Assembly: GCA_052327205.1 (NCBI GenBank)
Contig: CM126228.1
Coordinates: 8,618,001 to 8,682,000 of the forward strand
Reading direction: 5' to 3'
Origin: Somniosus microcephalus
Taxonomy: Eukaryota
Length of the DNA stretch: 64,000 nucleotides
The position numbers were made by a program, and so were the translations under genes. Position 1 is the first letter of the stretch; each line of letters starts with the position of its first letter. This document shows, one piece after another, positions 1 through 12,712 of the stretch. The notes under the pieces were generated by a model. The model was not told the origin of the DNA and made no database searches. It worked only from the letters and a program-made list of their open reading frames with translations.

Positions 1-427
1 CTGATGGAACTGTACCCCATCGTGAATCAACGCTTAAGAAGAGGAGGGCAAATTGGGAGAAACGAGTACTTGCCATGCATAAGATATATTTGTGAAATAT
101 CTAATAGCACATTAATGGCTTATGGTTGTCTAACAAATGACGGTATTTAATCATGTATGTAAGTGGCACATTCTATTTATAATCCAGTTTCTACAGAGTA
201 TTTTTGTAACCCAAGAAAATGTATTGCAACTGCTTTGATTTAATTTCTTCCGGTATCTCTCAGGATTTATTATAAATTTAATAAGCTGGCATAACAGTGG
301 CAGAAAGCGGCATCTCTTGTGGTTGCTAAGCAGACGTCTAAAAGAGCATTTCATAATTGCTTACCTTTACGTGGCCTGAGATCTCAAAATAAGATGTTGA
401 AACAAGCTGTAGCTTTTCTAATATATA

Positions 428-931
428 AACTGGAAATGCTCAGCTAGTCAGGCAGCATCTATGGAGAGAGAAGCGGAGTTAACGTTTCAGGTCTGTGACC
501 CTTCATCAGAACTGGAAAATATTACAGATGTAACAGGTTTAAAGCAAGTACAGAGGGAGGGGAGGGGAGGAAAGAACAAAAGGGAAGGTCTGTGATAGGG
601 TGGAAGGCAGGAGAGATTAAATGACAAAAGGGGTGATGGTGCAAAGCAAAAGGGGGTAGTAATGAGACGAGTAAAGAAGCAAAAGATGGGTCTGGAGGAG
701 CTGTAAATGGCAACAGCAGAATCGTTACCAGCATCTGCTGACTGGAAAATGTGGGAGCGGTGGTTATGGTCTGAAATTGTTGAACTCGATGTTGAGTCCG
801 GCAGGCTGTAAAGTGCCTAATCGAAAGATGAGGTGCTGTTCCTCAAGCTTCCATTGGGCTTCATTGGAACAGTGCAAGAGGCTGAGGACAGAAAGTTCAC
901 AGTGGGAGTGGGGCAAGCAGCCGGAAGCTCA
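428..931 (-). mobile_element. Penelope-like element 3' fragment
   Basis: Minus strand encodes HCSNEAQWKLEEQHLIFRLGTLQPAGLNIEFNNFR (GIY-YIG C-terminus) followed by the same type of 3' end as 42150-42247. Confidence 0.9.
477..513 (-). ncRNA. Minimal type I hammerhead ribozyme motif (intact core)
   Basis: AGUU-CUGAUGA-a-GGGUC-aca-GACCU-GAAAC-GUU-AACU: stem I AGUU/AACU, stem II, palindromic ACGU stem III, as described for Penelope-like element hammerheads. Confidence 0.8.
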
Positions 932-1561
932 GTGTCACGCTTTCCTACCTGTTCCAAATGCAACCAGCCCTACATTGTGAGGCAGTTGCCATGTAACACA
1001 TGTGCCATTATGATGTCATAGATCCAACACTGTCCTTTTCTTGAGAGGACAGTGCAGTGGGGCTTAGTTCGGAATGAGGTTCCTGTCCAGGAACACATGG
1101 AAGGCATAGTGATGGAGAAGTTGTTTTTTTGTGTATGTTTCTGCCTGAAAGATTTTCTGTTGCCTTCACCTCTAGCCCTTGTACTAAACCACACGCATCT
1201 TTTGGAATCGAGATGGTCTGCTTGTGAGGTTTCAGCAATTTCTCTGTCATCCGTGCCCATTCAGGAAGCCTAGTTGGTGACCAGGTTTTTTTTTTAAGTG
1301 GGAAAAGTCAGTGGACTTTGATGGGAGACTGTTGCGATGTAAATGAGCCACACTGTTTATTGGTTTAAGTGTAGCTTGAAAAAAAGAAAATATTTATTAG
1401 ATGGCGTTAGACTACCAACATAAATGTTGCTTGGAGAGCACCGTTTGCAGTAGATAGGTGAACACGTGGTGGTGACACCTTTTCCGTTTGTTTACCTCCT
1501 CTTCCTCCCCCTCAAAAACCCTGTTTTTACTGTTGTGATCTTAACAGGATTTAGTTTACTT

Positions 1562-2102
1562 AAGAACATAAGAACGTAAGAATTAGGAGCAGGAGTAGGC
1601 CATATGGCCCCTCGAGCCTGCTCCGCCATTCAATAAGATCATGGCTGATCTTCGACCTCAACCCCACTTTCCTGCCTGATCCCCATATCCTTTGATTCCC
1701 CTAGAGTCCAAAAATGTATCGATCTCAGCCTTGAATATACTCCATAACTCAGCATCTGCAGCCTTTCGGGGTAGAGAATTCCAAAGATTCACAACCCGCT
1801 GAGTGAAGAAATTCCTCCTCATCTCAGTCTTAAATGGCCTACCCCTTATCCTGAGACTATGCCCCCTAGTTCTAGACTCTCCGGCCAGGGGAAACAACCT
1901 CTCGGCATCTACCCTGTCAATCCCCCTCAGTATCTTCTGTATTTCAATGAGATCACCTCCCGTTCATCTAAACGCCAGAGAGTACAGGCTCAATCTCTCC
2001 TCGTTGAACAACCCTCTCATCCCAGGGATCAATCTAGTGAACCTTCGTTGCAATGCTGCTAAGGCAATTTTGTCCTTCCTCAGATAAGGAGACCAAAGCT
2101 GG
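1562..2102 (-). mobile_element. CR1 LINE 3' fragment
   Basis: aagaacataagaac tail; MFPLAGESRTRGHSLRIRGRPFKTEMRRNFFTQRVVNLWNSLP. Confidence 0.92.
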
Positions 2103-2637
2103 ACTTTTTGGCATCATTTTTAAAATGATGATTTTTGAACTCTGTGCTCTCAAGGGTACTTTTAAAATATTTTAAATTTTAAGTTGCTATAACATGCCAA
2201 AGTGACCCCTGCTGGGAGGTGCAAGTGTTTGGCCATCGGGTGAAGGTAGGATTGTTGCCAGCTGTAATGCCTATTATAGTCAAATAGCATTTATTGAAAA
2301 ACTATGGGGAAGGGCTCTGAAAACAGACTAGGTGATGTACAGTTTGGGTTTTAAAAGCCTGAAGATTATAAGATTTTAAGTCTGCTAGTTGTTTAGGTTC
2401 ACTCCTGGAAAAATGACCACTTGGGTGAAGTATCAGATTGCTGGTGATTATGAACCCATATCCTAGCAAGAATCGATGCTTTAGGAGACGAGGGAGCAAA
2501 ATTAGGGTGGGTGGAAGAGTATTTGTTGCTCTTGCCTTCCTCCATGGAAGATTGAACTCGATCAGACTGCAGGAGAGTGGGAGAACATGCTCTGCATGCT
2601 CACACTGGAAGCAGGAGTTTTACTCTGCTTGAAAGTA

Positions 2638-2946
2638 CAGGAATCTTTCGATTTACCGGCACCTAAATAACGGGAAATCTCGGTTAACCGGCAAAATTCA
2701 GGAGTAGGTTCAGGTAACTTTTATTACTTGCCTTCCTCCATCTGTTGCTGTGCAAGGGTGTGGCTGCAGCTGTTGCTAAGCTACAGAGACGCTTGCAACT
2801 TGTGCCATTGTTCTGAACCATTTGCTAAGCAACAGGGTTTGTTACTTTAGCTCCGTATCTTTTACTATAGCTTTCGGTTATCTGGAATTTTTGATGAACC
2901 GGCACCACGTCGGTCCCGTCCGTGCCGGATAAAAAAAAGTTTCCTG
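2638..2946. mobile_element. Tc1/mariner (Tigger/pogo-like) MITE
   Basis: TA|CAGGAATCTTT...AAAGTTTCCTG|TA; interior homologous (opposite orientation) to 9744-10078. Confidence 0.8.
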
Positions 2947-3707
2947 TAGTTTTAATCTATGATGGGCGTGATTATGACAGCAATTCTCCTAATTAAAAAA
3001 TATCTCTGCTGTCCCAATCACAGAGCTTGTTAACTAGCAGACACTTGTGACTTTCTATGTTTTTAATCTTTTATTTTTGCCACGGTATAGATTAAACAAC
3101 CAAACCATTTTGGGTTTTTTCCCCCCAATTCTCTTCCCTTCTGGGCACCAACTGAAGCTCATCCAGTTCCACAGGCATCCACAGCCTTGAAGTGGACATT
3201 CTTCACGTGAACTTACACAGCTAATGTCGGTAATCAACTGTGGACATTATGGTAGCTAAGGCAAATCTCTGTATTGGATACCAGTTGTCCCGGTGGGTCT
3301 TCGCCCCCCCCCCCCCCCCCTCTCCCCACCAAACTACGATCTACAACACAGACCAGCTATTGAACCTGAATCTTCTGGTCTCCATGCTGCTTTACCACAC
3401 AGACAAACACTAGTAGTTTAGTGTGAAATGCAACTCTGAAAACATTCCGCATAACCACTGTTCCACCCTCAACAATTCTGTCTGCTGAATTCTGCTTACA
3501 CCCCTGGGCCTCAGTAAAACTGGCCTGTCAATCATCCTTTAGACATATGGCCAAACCTGATGCTGCTGTTCAGGATTGAAAGTTAGCTCACCTTAACTTT
3601 CAGAATATTTAAAATTTGCTTGATTTATATGTCCATTGAACTTTATTGAGCAAATAAAGTGGCTTTAGGCCAGCTTGTTCCAAGCAAAGTAGTCTTGTCT
3701 AGTATAA

Positions 3708-3988
3708 GGCTTCTTTGACAGCACCTCCCAAGCCCATGGCCTCTACCACCTAGAAGGACAAGGGTGCCATGGGAACACCACCAACTCCCAAGTTCCCCTC
3801 CAAGCCGCACACCATCCTGACTTTGAAATATATTGCTGTCACTGGGTCAAAATCCTGGCACACACACTCCCAGCAGCGGTTCAAGAAGGCGGCTCACCAC
3901 CACCTTCTCAAGGGCAATTAGGGATGGGCAATAAATGCTGGCCTTGTCAGCGACGCCCACATCCCGTGAATGAGTTTTTAAAAAAAAT
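3708..3988 (+). mobile_element. 3' end of a non-LTR retrotransposon (RTE-X-like)
   Basis: cagcggttcaagaaggcggctcaccaccaccttctcaagggcaattagggatgggcaataaatgctggcc, a common elasmobranch LINE 3' end; clade assignment is from memory. Confidence 0.6.
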
Positions 3989-5956
3989 ACTGATTTCCCT
4001 GCCTTGTGGATTTTATATAGACTGCTAGATTTCCTGTGGCATCCATTTAAGGTTAGATGAATTTATGCGGACTATATTATATACCATGTAACACAAAATG
4101 CATTAATCTGCTGTTGAGTAAACTCTGAGTGCGGTCAGACTTTTCTCAATCATAAGTCAGAGCTGTGGCTTTTTTTTAACGTGTGTGACTGGCAAGGCAA
4201 CTCTCAAGTTAAACAGGAAATGTGCACTAGATGTGCTGTTTTTATGACAATTAACCTTTAATAGTTTTATCTTGTGCACTGAATTGATTAATTTGATTCA
4301 AAAACATTGTCTGAAAGAAACTAGCTCCCTTGAATTTTACATTTTTTTTTCTTTTTGTGAAGTGATTTGGGGATTTACCTGTCAATCCTAGTTGCCTAGT
4401 CCAGAGTATATGAAAGACAGCATTATAAAGGGTAATGCTGTCCTTACTCTGTTTCAGAAACGTCAAAGCTTTGCAAGGACTTTCTAAGGTTCCTTTTTAT
4501 GGGGGGAAAAAAACAGCAAAGGTGTTCAAAGAGAATTGCCATTTTTTTTTTACAAGACCAGTGTCAATATACCTTGTTATACTTGTCTAAATATATCTCG
4601 TGATTTCTTAATTTATTTTTCGTCGGTGTGATTATGCGGCTTTGCCTTCTATACAAATAAAATAGGCTTTGCATTACACGAGTACTTTATCTTTTCAGGT
4701 TAATTTGTCTACATTAATTGTTTTTTGGGAGAGTTCCCAGATACTTGGGTGCTAGGACCTAACTATGGTAGGAATAGATTGTAAATACTAATTAGCTTTA
4801 GAGCAGATATCTTGAATACGTATTACTGACTTTTCAGTCTGATATAACATCTGTTTTCTTTTTTGCTGATAATCTCCTTTCCCTCTCCTAAAGACGATGC
4901 TTCTTGCTGGGTTACATTTGCATGAATACCACTCTTGCCCAAGTGGTCATTCTTTATGTATGATTGTAGACAGTAAATATTGACGGGTTATTTAAGTGTG
5001 GAGAGGTGCAGAGCCGAGCCTGATCCTGTCCTCGTCCAACATCCTTGTCTAAGCACCACCCAGCAGAGACCACAGAGTAGGACCAGAAATCCAAACTGAT
5101 TTGTCTCCTACATAACCCAGTGTTACTAAGGTCAGTTCTGATGCCTGTAACACTGACCTTGTTGAGATCAGGTAACTCAGCAAAGAACAGCGATTGAAAC
5201 TGGGACTTGCTGGGCTATTTGCATGCTGCCTTTGCCACCTAAGCATTTGCAGAAAGTTAGATCTGTTGTTTCAGGTGTAGATGTGCTGTCATTTTTCTTT
5301 GTCTTTAAGCATTCTGTAGTTGCAATGCTGGTGATGATCCTGAATAAAATGCCACCCAGATGAGGTTGATCTGTATTATCTCTTTGATAGAAAGTGGTTC
5401 TGCTTCTAACACTTTGTTAGTGTTTAGAGAGGATCACCTGTGATCTCAACAATTTCAGACTTTGAGAGAGGCACTTTCACTTTAGCATATATATCTTGTA
5501 ATATTTGCCTTCAAATGTTTTCACTTTTCACCCTCTTCAAAATTCCATCCCTCTAATATCTCAAACAAATGTGCACAAGCTTAGACAATGTTGGCAGGCT
5601 ATCCTACGCTTGATCCTGTCCAAGCCCATTATCAAGGTACGTACACGTTCAGGCAGGGATCATTGGATCGCCATCCTTCCTCACTGCTTTCACAAAAAGC
5701 CAAGTTAGTGGCGACTGCTTGGCTACGAGAGCGAACAGCATAATTCAGAGATCTAACTTGGGATGTTACTGATTTGTAGAGCTCAACACACCATGCATAA
5801 CAAATGTGATGCAGCAACATTTGAGAAACTGAAAAGATTATGATTAAACTGTGGAATAATTTATGAAATTTGACCTTTATTGTACACCTCGTAAAAACTG
5901 AGACTTTGAGCTACATTGCACATATCAGGGAAATATACTGTGTATGCACAGCTACA

Positions 5957-6225
5957 GAATCATAGAAATTTACAGCACGGAAGGAGGCCATTTCAGCCCG
6001 TCGTGTCCACCCCTGCCGACAAAGAGCTATCTAGCCTAATCCCACTTTCGCTCTTGGTCTGTAGCCCTGTAGGTTACAGCACTTCAAGTGCACATCCAAG
6101 CACTTTTTAAATGTGGTGAGGATTTCTGCCTCTACCACCCTTTCAGGCAGTGAGTTCCAGACCCCCACCCCCCTCTGGGTGAAGAAATTCCCCTCAAATC
6201 CCCTCTAAACCTCCTACCAATTACT
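5957..6225 (-). mobile_element. CR1 LINE 3' fragment
   Basis: gaatcatagaaatttacagcacggaaggaggccatt tail and 'ctctgggtgaagaaatt' CR1 3' motif. Confidence 0.8.
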
Positions 6226-6756
6226 ACAGCATCCTATCTGAAATACTGCACAAGTACTGTTTCCACCATCCGCTTGTATGGGAATCTCTTCAATGGTGGG
6301 CACGTAACCTGTATGTGATAACAAGAGTTGAGATGGAGACCTACATAAACAGATTAATACCAGATGTACTCTGAGCATTCACTGTTTGCATGGTGGTTTT
6401 CTCTTTACTCAATTCTTCATGCTCTTTCACTTCACTGTGCCAGCAGTGAAAAATGTCTGAGGAGGAGCTAATTGGATCCCAACCTCTTGTTCTTTTTTAA
6501 ATCTTTGATTCTCTGAAATATTCTAACTTCCTGTTATGCTGTAACAAGAGCTGATTATTGGGGGGGGGGGGAATGGAGTGAATTTGCAGAATTAGTGTGC
6601 TCACCAAAGTGGTTAATACCGTGGCGACATAACCACTTCAAATACATACAGATGTGGCAGTTTAACACTTTTGTATCTGATGCAATATACAAGATTAAAA
6701 AACAATATTGAGGGCTGGCTGGTAGCAGTGAGTTATACGCTGGCATTTCACCTCTG

Positions 6757-8912
6757 ATCCGAAACTAGGGTCCTAAATCTAAACAAAGGAAACTACGAAG
6801 GTATGAGGAGTGAGTTGGCTATGATAGATTGGGGAGCTTCATTAAAATGGTGGATAGGCAATGGCTAACATTTAAGGAACGAATGCATGAATTGCAACAG
6901 TTATACATTCCTTTCTGGCGCAAAAACACAAAGGAAAAGCGGCCTAACCATGGCTAACAAAATAAATTAAGGATAGCATTAGATCCAAAGAGGAGTCATA
7001 TAAAGTTGTCAGAAAAAGTAGCAAGCCTGAGGATTGGGAGCAGTTTAGAGTATGAGAGTAAACTTGCAAGAAACATAAAAGCGGACTGTAAAAGCTTCTG
7101 CAAGTATGGAAAAAGATTAGTGAAGACAGATGTAGGTCCCTTACAGTCAGAAACGGGAGAATTTATAATGGGGAACAAGGAAATGGCAGAGCAATTAAAC
7201 AAATACTTTGGTTCTGTCTTCACGGAAGAGGACACATACCTTCCCAGAAATGCTAGAGAACCCAAGGGTCTAGTGAGAAGGAGGAATTAAAGGAAATTAG
7301 TATTAGTAAAAAAAAATAGTGCTGGAAAAATTAATGGGACTGAAAGCTGATAAATTCCCAGGGCCTGATAATCTGCATCCCAGAGTACTAAAAGAGGTAG
7401 TCATGGAAATAGTGGATGCATTGGTCGTCATCTTCCAAAATTCTATAGATTATGGAACAGTTCCTGCAGATTGGAGGGTGGCAAATGTAACCCCACTATT
7501 TAAAAAAGGAGGGAGAGAGAAAACTGGGAACTACAGACCAGTTAGCCTAACATCAGTAGTAGGGAAAATGCTAGAGTCTATTATAAAGGATGTGATAACA
7601 GGACACTTAAAAAATATCAACGGGATTAGACAAAGTCAACATGGATTTATGAAAAGGAAATAGTGTTTGACAAACCTACTGGAGTTTTTTGAGGATGTAA
7701 CTGGTAGAATAGATAAGGGAGAACCAGTGGATGTGGTGTATTTGGATTTTCAGAAGGCCTTTGATAAAGTCCCACAAGAGGTTAGTGTGCAAAATTAAAA
7801 CATATGGGATTGGTGGTAATATACTGGCATGGATTGAAAATTGGTTAACAGACAGGAAACAGAGTAGAAATAAATGGGTCATTTTCGGGTTGGCAAGCGG
7901 TGGCTAGTGGGGTACCGCAGGGATCAGTGCTTGGGCCCCAGCTATTCACAATATACATCAATGATTTGGATGAGGGAACCAAATGTAATATTTCCAAGTT
8001 TGCTGACGACACAAAACTAGGTGGGGTTGTGAGGAAGATGCAAAGAGGCTTCAAGGCGATTTAGACAAGTTGAGTGAGTGGGCAAATACATGGTAGATGC
8101 AGCATAACGTGGATAAGTATGAAGTTATCCACTTCGGTAGGAAAAACAGAAAGTTAGAGTATTATTTAAATGGTGATAGATTGGGAAATGTTGGTGTACA
8201 AAGGGACCTGGGTGTCCTTGTACACCAGTCACTGAAAGCAAACATGCAGGTGCAAGCAGTTAGGAAGGTAAATGGTATGTTGGCCTTCATTGTAAGAGGA
8301 TTTGAGGACAGGAGCAAGGATGTCTTACTACAGTTATACAGGGCCTTGGTGAGACCTAACCTGGAGTACTGTGCAGTTTTGGTCTCCTTACCTAAGAGAG
8401 GATATACTTGCCATAGAGGGAGTGCAGCGAAGGTTCACCAGACTGATTCCTGGGATGGCAGGACTGTCGTATGAGGAGAGATTGGGTCGACTAGGCCTGT
8501 ATTCACTAGCGTTTAGAAGAATGAGAGGGGATCTCATTGAAACGTATAAAATTCTGACGGGGCTAGACAGACTGGATGCAGCGTGGAAGTTTCCCCTGGC
8601 TTTGGGGGGGGGGGGCGGTCTAGAACGAGAGGTCACAGTCTCAGGATACGGGGTAGGACATTTATGACTGAGATGAGGAGAAATTTCTTCACTCAGAGGG
8701 TGGTGAACCTGTGGAATTCTCTACCACAGAAGGCTGTAGAGGCCAAGTCACTGAATATATTTAAGAAGGAGAGATTTCTAGACACAAGGCATCAAGGGGT
8801 ATGGGGAGAGAGCGCGAATATCTTATTGAAATAGAGGATCCGCCATAATCATATTGAATGGCGTAGCAGGCTCGAAGGGCCAAATGGCCTACTCCTGCTC
8901 TTATGTTTCTAT
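6757..8912 (+). mobile_element. 5'-truncated CR1 LINE (ORF2 RT region and 3' UTR)
   Basis: [68 protein letters not shown]; frameshifted; ends with cctgctcttatgtttctat. Confidence 0.95.
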
Positions 8913-8919
8913 CTAGATG

Positions 8920-9524
8920 TCCTGCCTGGCAGCGCCTCAATTTTAAAATTCTCATCATTGTTTTCAAATCCCTCCATGGCCTTGCCCCTCCCTATCTCTA
9001 ATCTATTCCAGCCCTACAACCCTCCGAGATCTCTCTGCTCCTCCAATTCTGAAAGGGTTAATTAATAACCTTGTAGTAAAGGGGCCTTTAGGGAAGGGTG
9101 ACCATAATATGATAGAATTTTATATTGAGTTTGAAAGTGACTTGACAAAGGGTTTCGACCTGAAACGTTGACTCTTTCTCTCTCCATGGATGTTGCCTGG
9201 CCTGCTGAGTTTTTCCAGCATTTCCTGCTGTTTCTATTTCTTATGTTCTGGCCTCCTGTGCATCCCCAATTTTAATCGCTCCACCATTGGTGGCCATGCT
9301 TTTAGCTGCCTAAGCCCTAAGCTCTGGAATTCCCTCCCTAAACCCCTTCGCAACTCTCTCCTTTAAGATGCTCCTTAAAACCTACCTCTTTGACCAAGCT
9401 TTTGGTCATCTATCCTGATATCTCCTTCTGTGGCATGGTGTCAAATTTTGATGATTAAAGCTCTTGTGAAGAGCCGTGGGACGTTTGCTACGTTAAAGGT
9501 GTTCTATAAATGCAAGTTGTTGTT
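8920..9524 (+). mobile_element. L2-type LINE 3' fragment, interrupted at 9052-9245
   Basis: FKILIIVFKSLHGLAPPYL and KLWNSLP reading; ends ataaatgcaagttgttgtt. Confidence 0.8.
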
Positions 9525-9743
9525 CAAATTTGGTTCAGACTAATGGGTTGAAAGTCTTCTCTTTCTGTTGCCTGTAAGAGTCCAAAGTGGAATTGATTTA
9601 GGCAATTTTAATCAAGTTCCCAGTGAGCATGGACCCACCACATAGAACTGTGTCAAATCTACACTCATTGGCAATTTCATTTAGAGGCCACAGATTACTA
9701 GCATGGGAAATGAAAAAATATCCTACTGGTGCAGTAGCAAGTA

Positions 9744-10078
9744 CAGGAAACTTTGTTATATCCGGCACCGACGGGACTGAGCTGTTGCCGATCTATCAAA
9801 ACTGCCGGACATACAAAGTTAATGTTGAAGCATACGGAGGTTTTCATCTCCGTATCTGACAACAAACACTGTTGCTTAGCAACAGCTTCTAAACAGTCGG
9901 CCCGTACCTTGGAAGCGTCTCTGTAGCTTAGCAACAGCTTCAGAGAGACTTTCCAGAGCCTGACTGTTGGGGGAAAAAAAAGCCACGAGAAGAAAAAAAA
10001 CCTAACAAAACGGCTCCTGATTTCTGCCGGTAGATCGAGGTTTCCGGACATACAACCCGGATAAACCAAAGTCTCCTG
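9744..10078. mobile_element. Tigger-like MITE
   Basis: TA|CAGGAAACTTTGTTATATCCGG...CCGGATAAACCAAAGTCTCCTG|TA. Confidence 0.87.
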
Positions 10079-11364
10079 TAGTCTTCTGAAGTTGGGCTGA
10101 GGTATTTTGTGCATAGTAGAAGGAATTGTAATTTGCATCTAACCATGCTATACCTGACCTGGGAGTGCTTGATGCTGACTGAGCACCAGAAGTGGAAAGT
10201 CTTCTATTTCCCAAGAGTAACTTCAGCGCACAATTCACAAAAAATAACCACGAAATAGTGTGGCACCACTGAGTTTGTGTAATGTGCGTTTGTGTAATGT
10301 GCATTATATATGCCACTGTCAGTTCCAGACTCTCATGCTCCAATGGGCTGCCTACTCTGTCTCTTCCTTCAAGCTTCACAATGCTAATGGGAAATTAAAT
10401 ATGGAGAAGGAAAGAAATGGAAAACTTCTGGATGTAGGAAGGTTTTTAGAAAGGAGTACTAGGGATTTTAACTTGATTCCACACAGCATAGTGGTTGTCT
10501 TCGAGTATAATCAGGCAATAATTACTGATCAGGCTCAGACGACTTAACTAGCAAGTTCAAGTAGTTCATCAAGTCTCTGAATCCGATTGTTAACACGGAG
10601 TAATTTCAGGTCTGTTAACTAGCAGTATCTTGTAATGTGTTTTTTTAATGCTTTTATTTTAGTTTTGGTTTCTTTGTTATGCCACCTCACGAACTTCCAT
10701 GACATTATTGTTGTGACATCTTGGTATCAACTAAGTTGTGTTTGCAAAATTACTGCTTGCCAGTTAATTACCAGGCAGGAATTTTATTGCTTTCATGTTG
10801 AACTCAACTCTTCTAGGGAGTAGGTACTGTACAGTACACATTTGAACGGAACATTTTCAGACGTGATGCTGAAAAGTATTTTTAGTTTTAACAAGGTTGT
10901 GTAGTTTTTCTGCTATTCCATTGCTCACTATGGATAAACCAGAATAGAACACTCTTTGCTAATGTCGCTTGGTTAAGATTTCATAACTAGTAAATCCTGC
11001 TACCTTTCTATACAGTATATTGGTCAGTTTCCCTTTCCCTTATTACTCCCTATAAACGGGGCCGGTGGGCTTTGGGTAAATCTCACCCAAATGCACTATT
11101 ATCTTTAGATTCTACATCTTACTCAATGTTACGTATGTCAGTGGTTACTTGAGTTTTATTTGCCTATTTTCACGTCTTTTAAACATAAAAAGCCACAATC
11201 TAGTGGAAAGGTTGAACGTTGCTGGGCATGACTGACAGTTCTCCCTTTTTGTATTTTCTTAATTTTAAAAGATCTGGTGAGTTTTACATTTTACATGATT
11301 GAGATTTTCTAAAGTAAGTTGGATAAATGTGGTTTATGAATTCTATTACCATAATTAACATAAT

Positions 11365-11700
11365 TGACGTGCTGAATTTTCACCTCTGAACGTTGGGTTT
11401 GAATCCAGGATGGATTGATGGGTTACAGGCCCTCTCTGCTTGCTGACAGTAAAGGTCCTAGATGAAATGAGATTGGGAAATCTCCATCCGGCTCCTAGTT
11501 GTCTTGGGCCCACAATTTGTACTAGGTTGACAAGATCACAGGGTTGCTGATGTGAGAAATGCAGGTTGGAAGAAATCACAATGGTGCAATAAGAGGTGCT
11601 TTTCTGAGTTTGGGCTGAGGCAAATTGTTCAGCAAAGTAAAGGGAGCTTTTCTCTGCTTCTGTCTGTGCTGTACCTGACTGGGGATGCTTAATGCTTAAA
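11365..11700 (+). mobile_element. LF-SINE-like ancient SINE
   Basis: tttcacctctg..gggtttgaatccag..cctagatgaaatgag..gggctgaggcaaattg..tgctgtacctg resembles the LF-SINE consensus as recalled; related pieces at 6715-10185 and ~61125-61290. Confidence 0.55.
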
Positions 11701-12542
11701 CTGGGTTCACAAAGTAGAAAATATTAATTTCCCCAACACTAACGCCCTGAGCGCAAAATTCACAAAAATAAGTAAGTTTAAAATTCTGCATATATCAGAA
11801 TTGTGAGTTTCACCACTGCATGTGAACCTGACTATTACTGTAAGTTGCTGAAGGTGATTCAACAAAACTGGTACCATTTTACATGTGTTTTGATCAATCC
11901 TTAAGATATGCTGATTCTGGGGAATGTTCAGTGCTACCTTTATACAGTTCCAGTATTGAAGCAATTCCTCTTTATCCATCCGGAGACATCAGAATAAACA
12001 ATGGTGGTTGTTTTGCTTTTTGTAAATGTAGAGCTCTTCCTAAGCCTATGTCCCTGAGCCCCCCAATCAATTTTTTAGTGGTGAATTATTACTGCCGACT
12101 CCTGCCTATTTCCTGTTCTGGTCACCTTTTGAAGTGGTTCGAAAGGCATGCAAGTGCAATGTTCTCCTTCACATAGTGAACTGAAAAAGAAGCAAGTCCT
12201 TTTATTTAACAAAGAATATACACTTTTGAAGAACCTTTCTTGTCGTTTCAGAATGATATGAAGAGGAACTACGTTTTAAGCAAATTCCATTATATTTTGA
12301 CGGCTGAGAGGTGGGCTGGAGATGGCTGTGGTTTTTTCCCTCCATTTGGTAAAAGAGCCCCTGCAGTGTAAAGGGACAGTTTCTACCTCCCAGTTGTGGT
12401 TCTCAACTTAGTCAGTTTAATATTAAGGACACTATTTCAGTATTTTACATCAGCAATGATTGTGGCTCAGAATAGAATTAAAAATTGTAAATGAGAAGTG
12501 CAGGTTTCTAGCTGTTAACATACACAAAATGCTTTGCGAAAT

Positions 12543-12712
12543 AATGCATTTAAGGGGAGGCTAGACAAGTACATGAGGAAGAAAAGAATGAAAGGATATG
12601 CTGATTAGAATTAGATGAAGTAGGGTGGGAGGAGGCTTGTGTGAAGCATAAACCCCAGCACAGACCAGTTGGGCCGAATGGCCTGTTTCTGTGCTGTAAA
12701 TTCTATGTAAAA
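12543..12712 (+). mobile_element. Short CR1 3' end
   Basis: gcatttaaggggaggctagacaagtacatgagg...gggccgaatggcctgtttctgtgctgtaaattctatgtaa; near-twin at 43958-44128. Confidence 0.85.
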
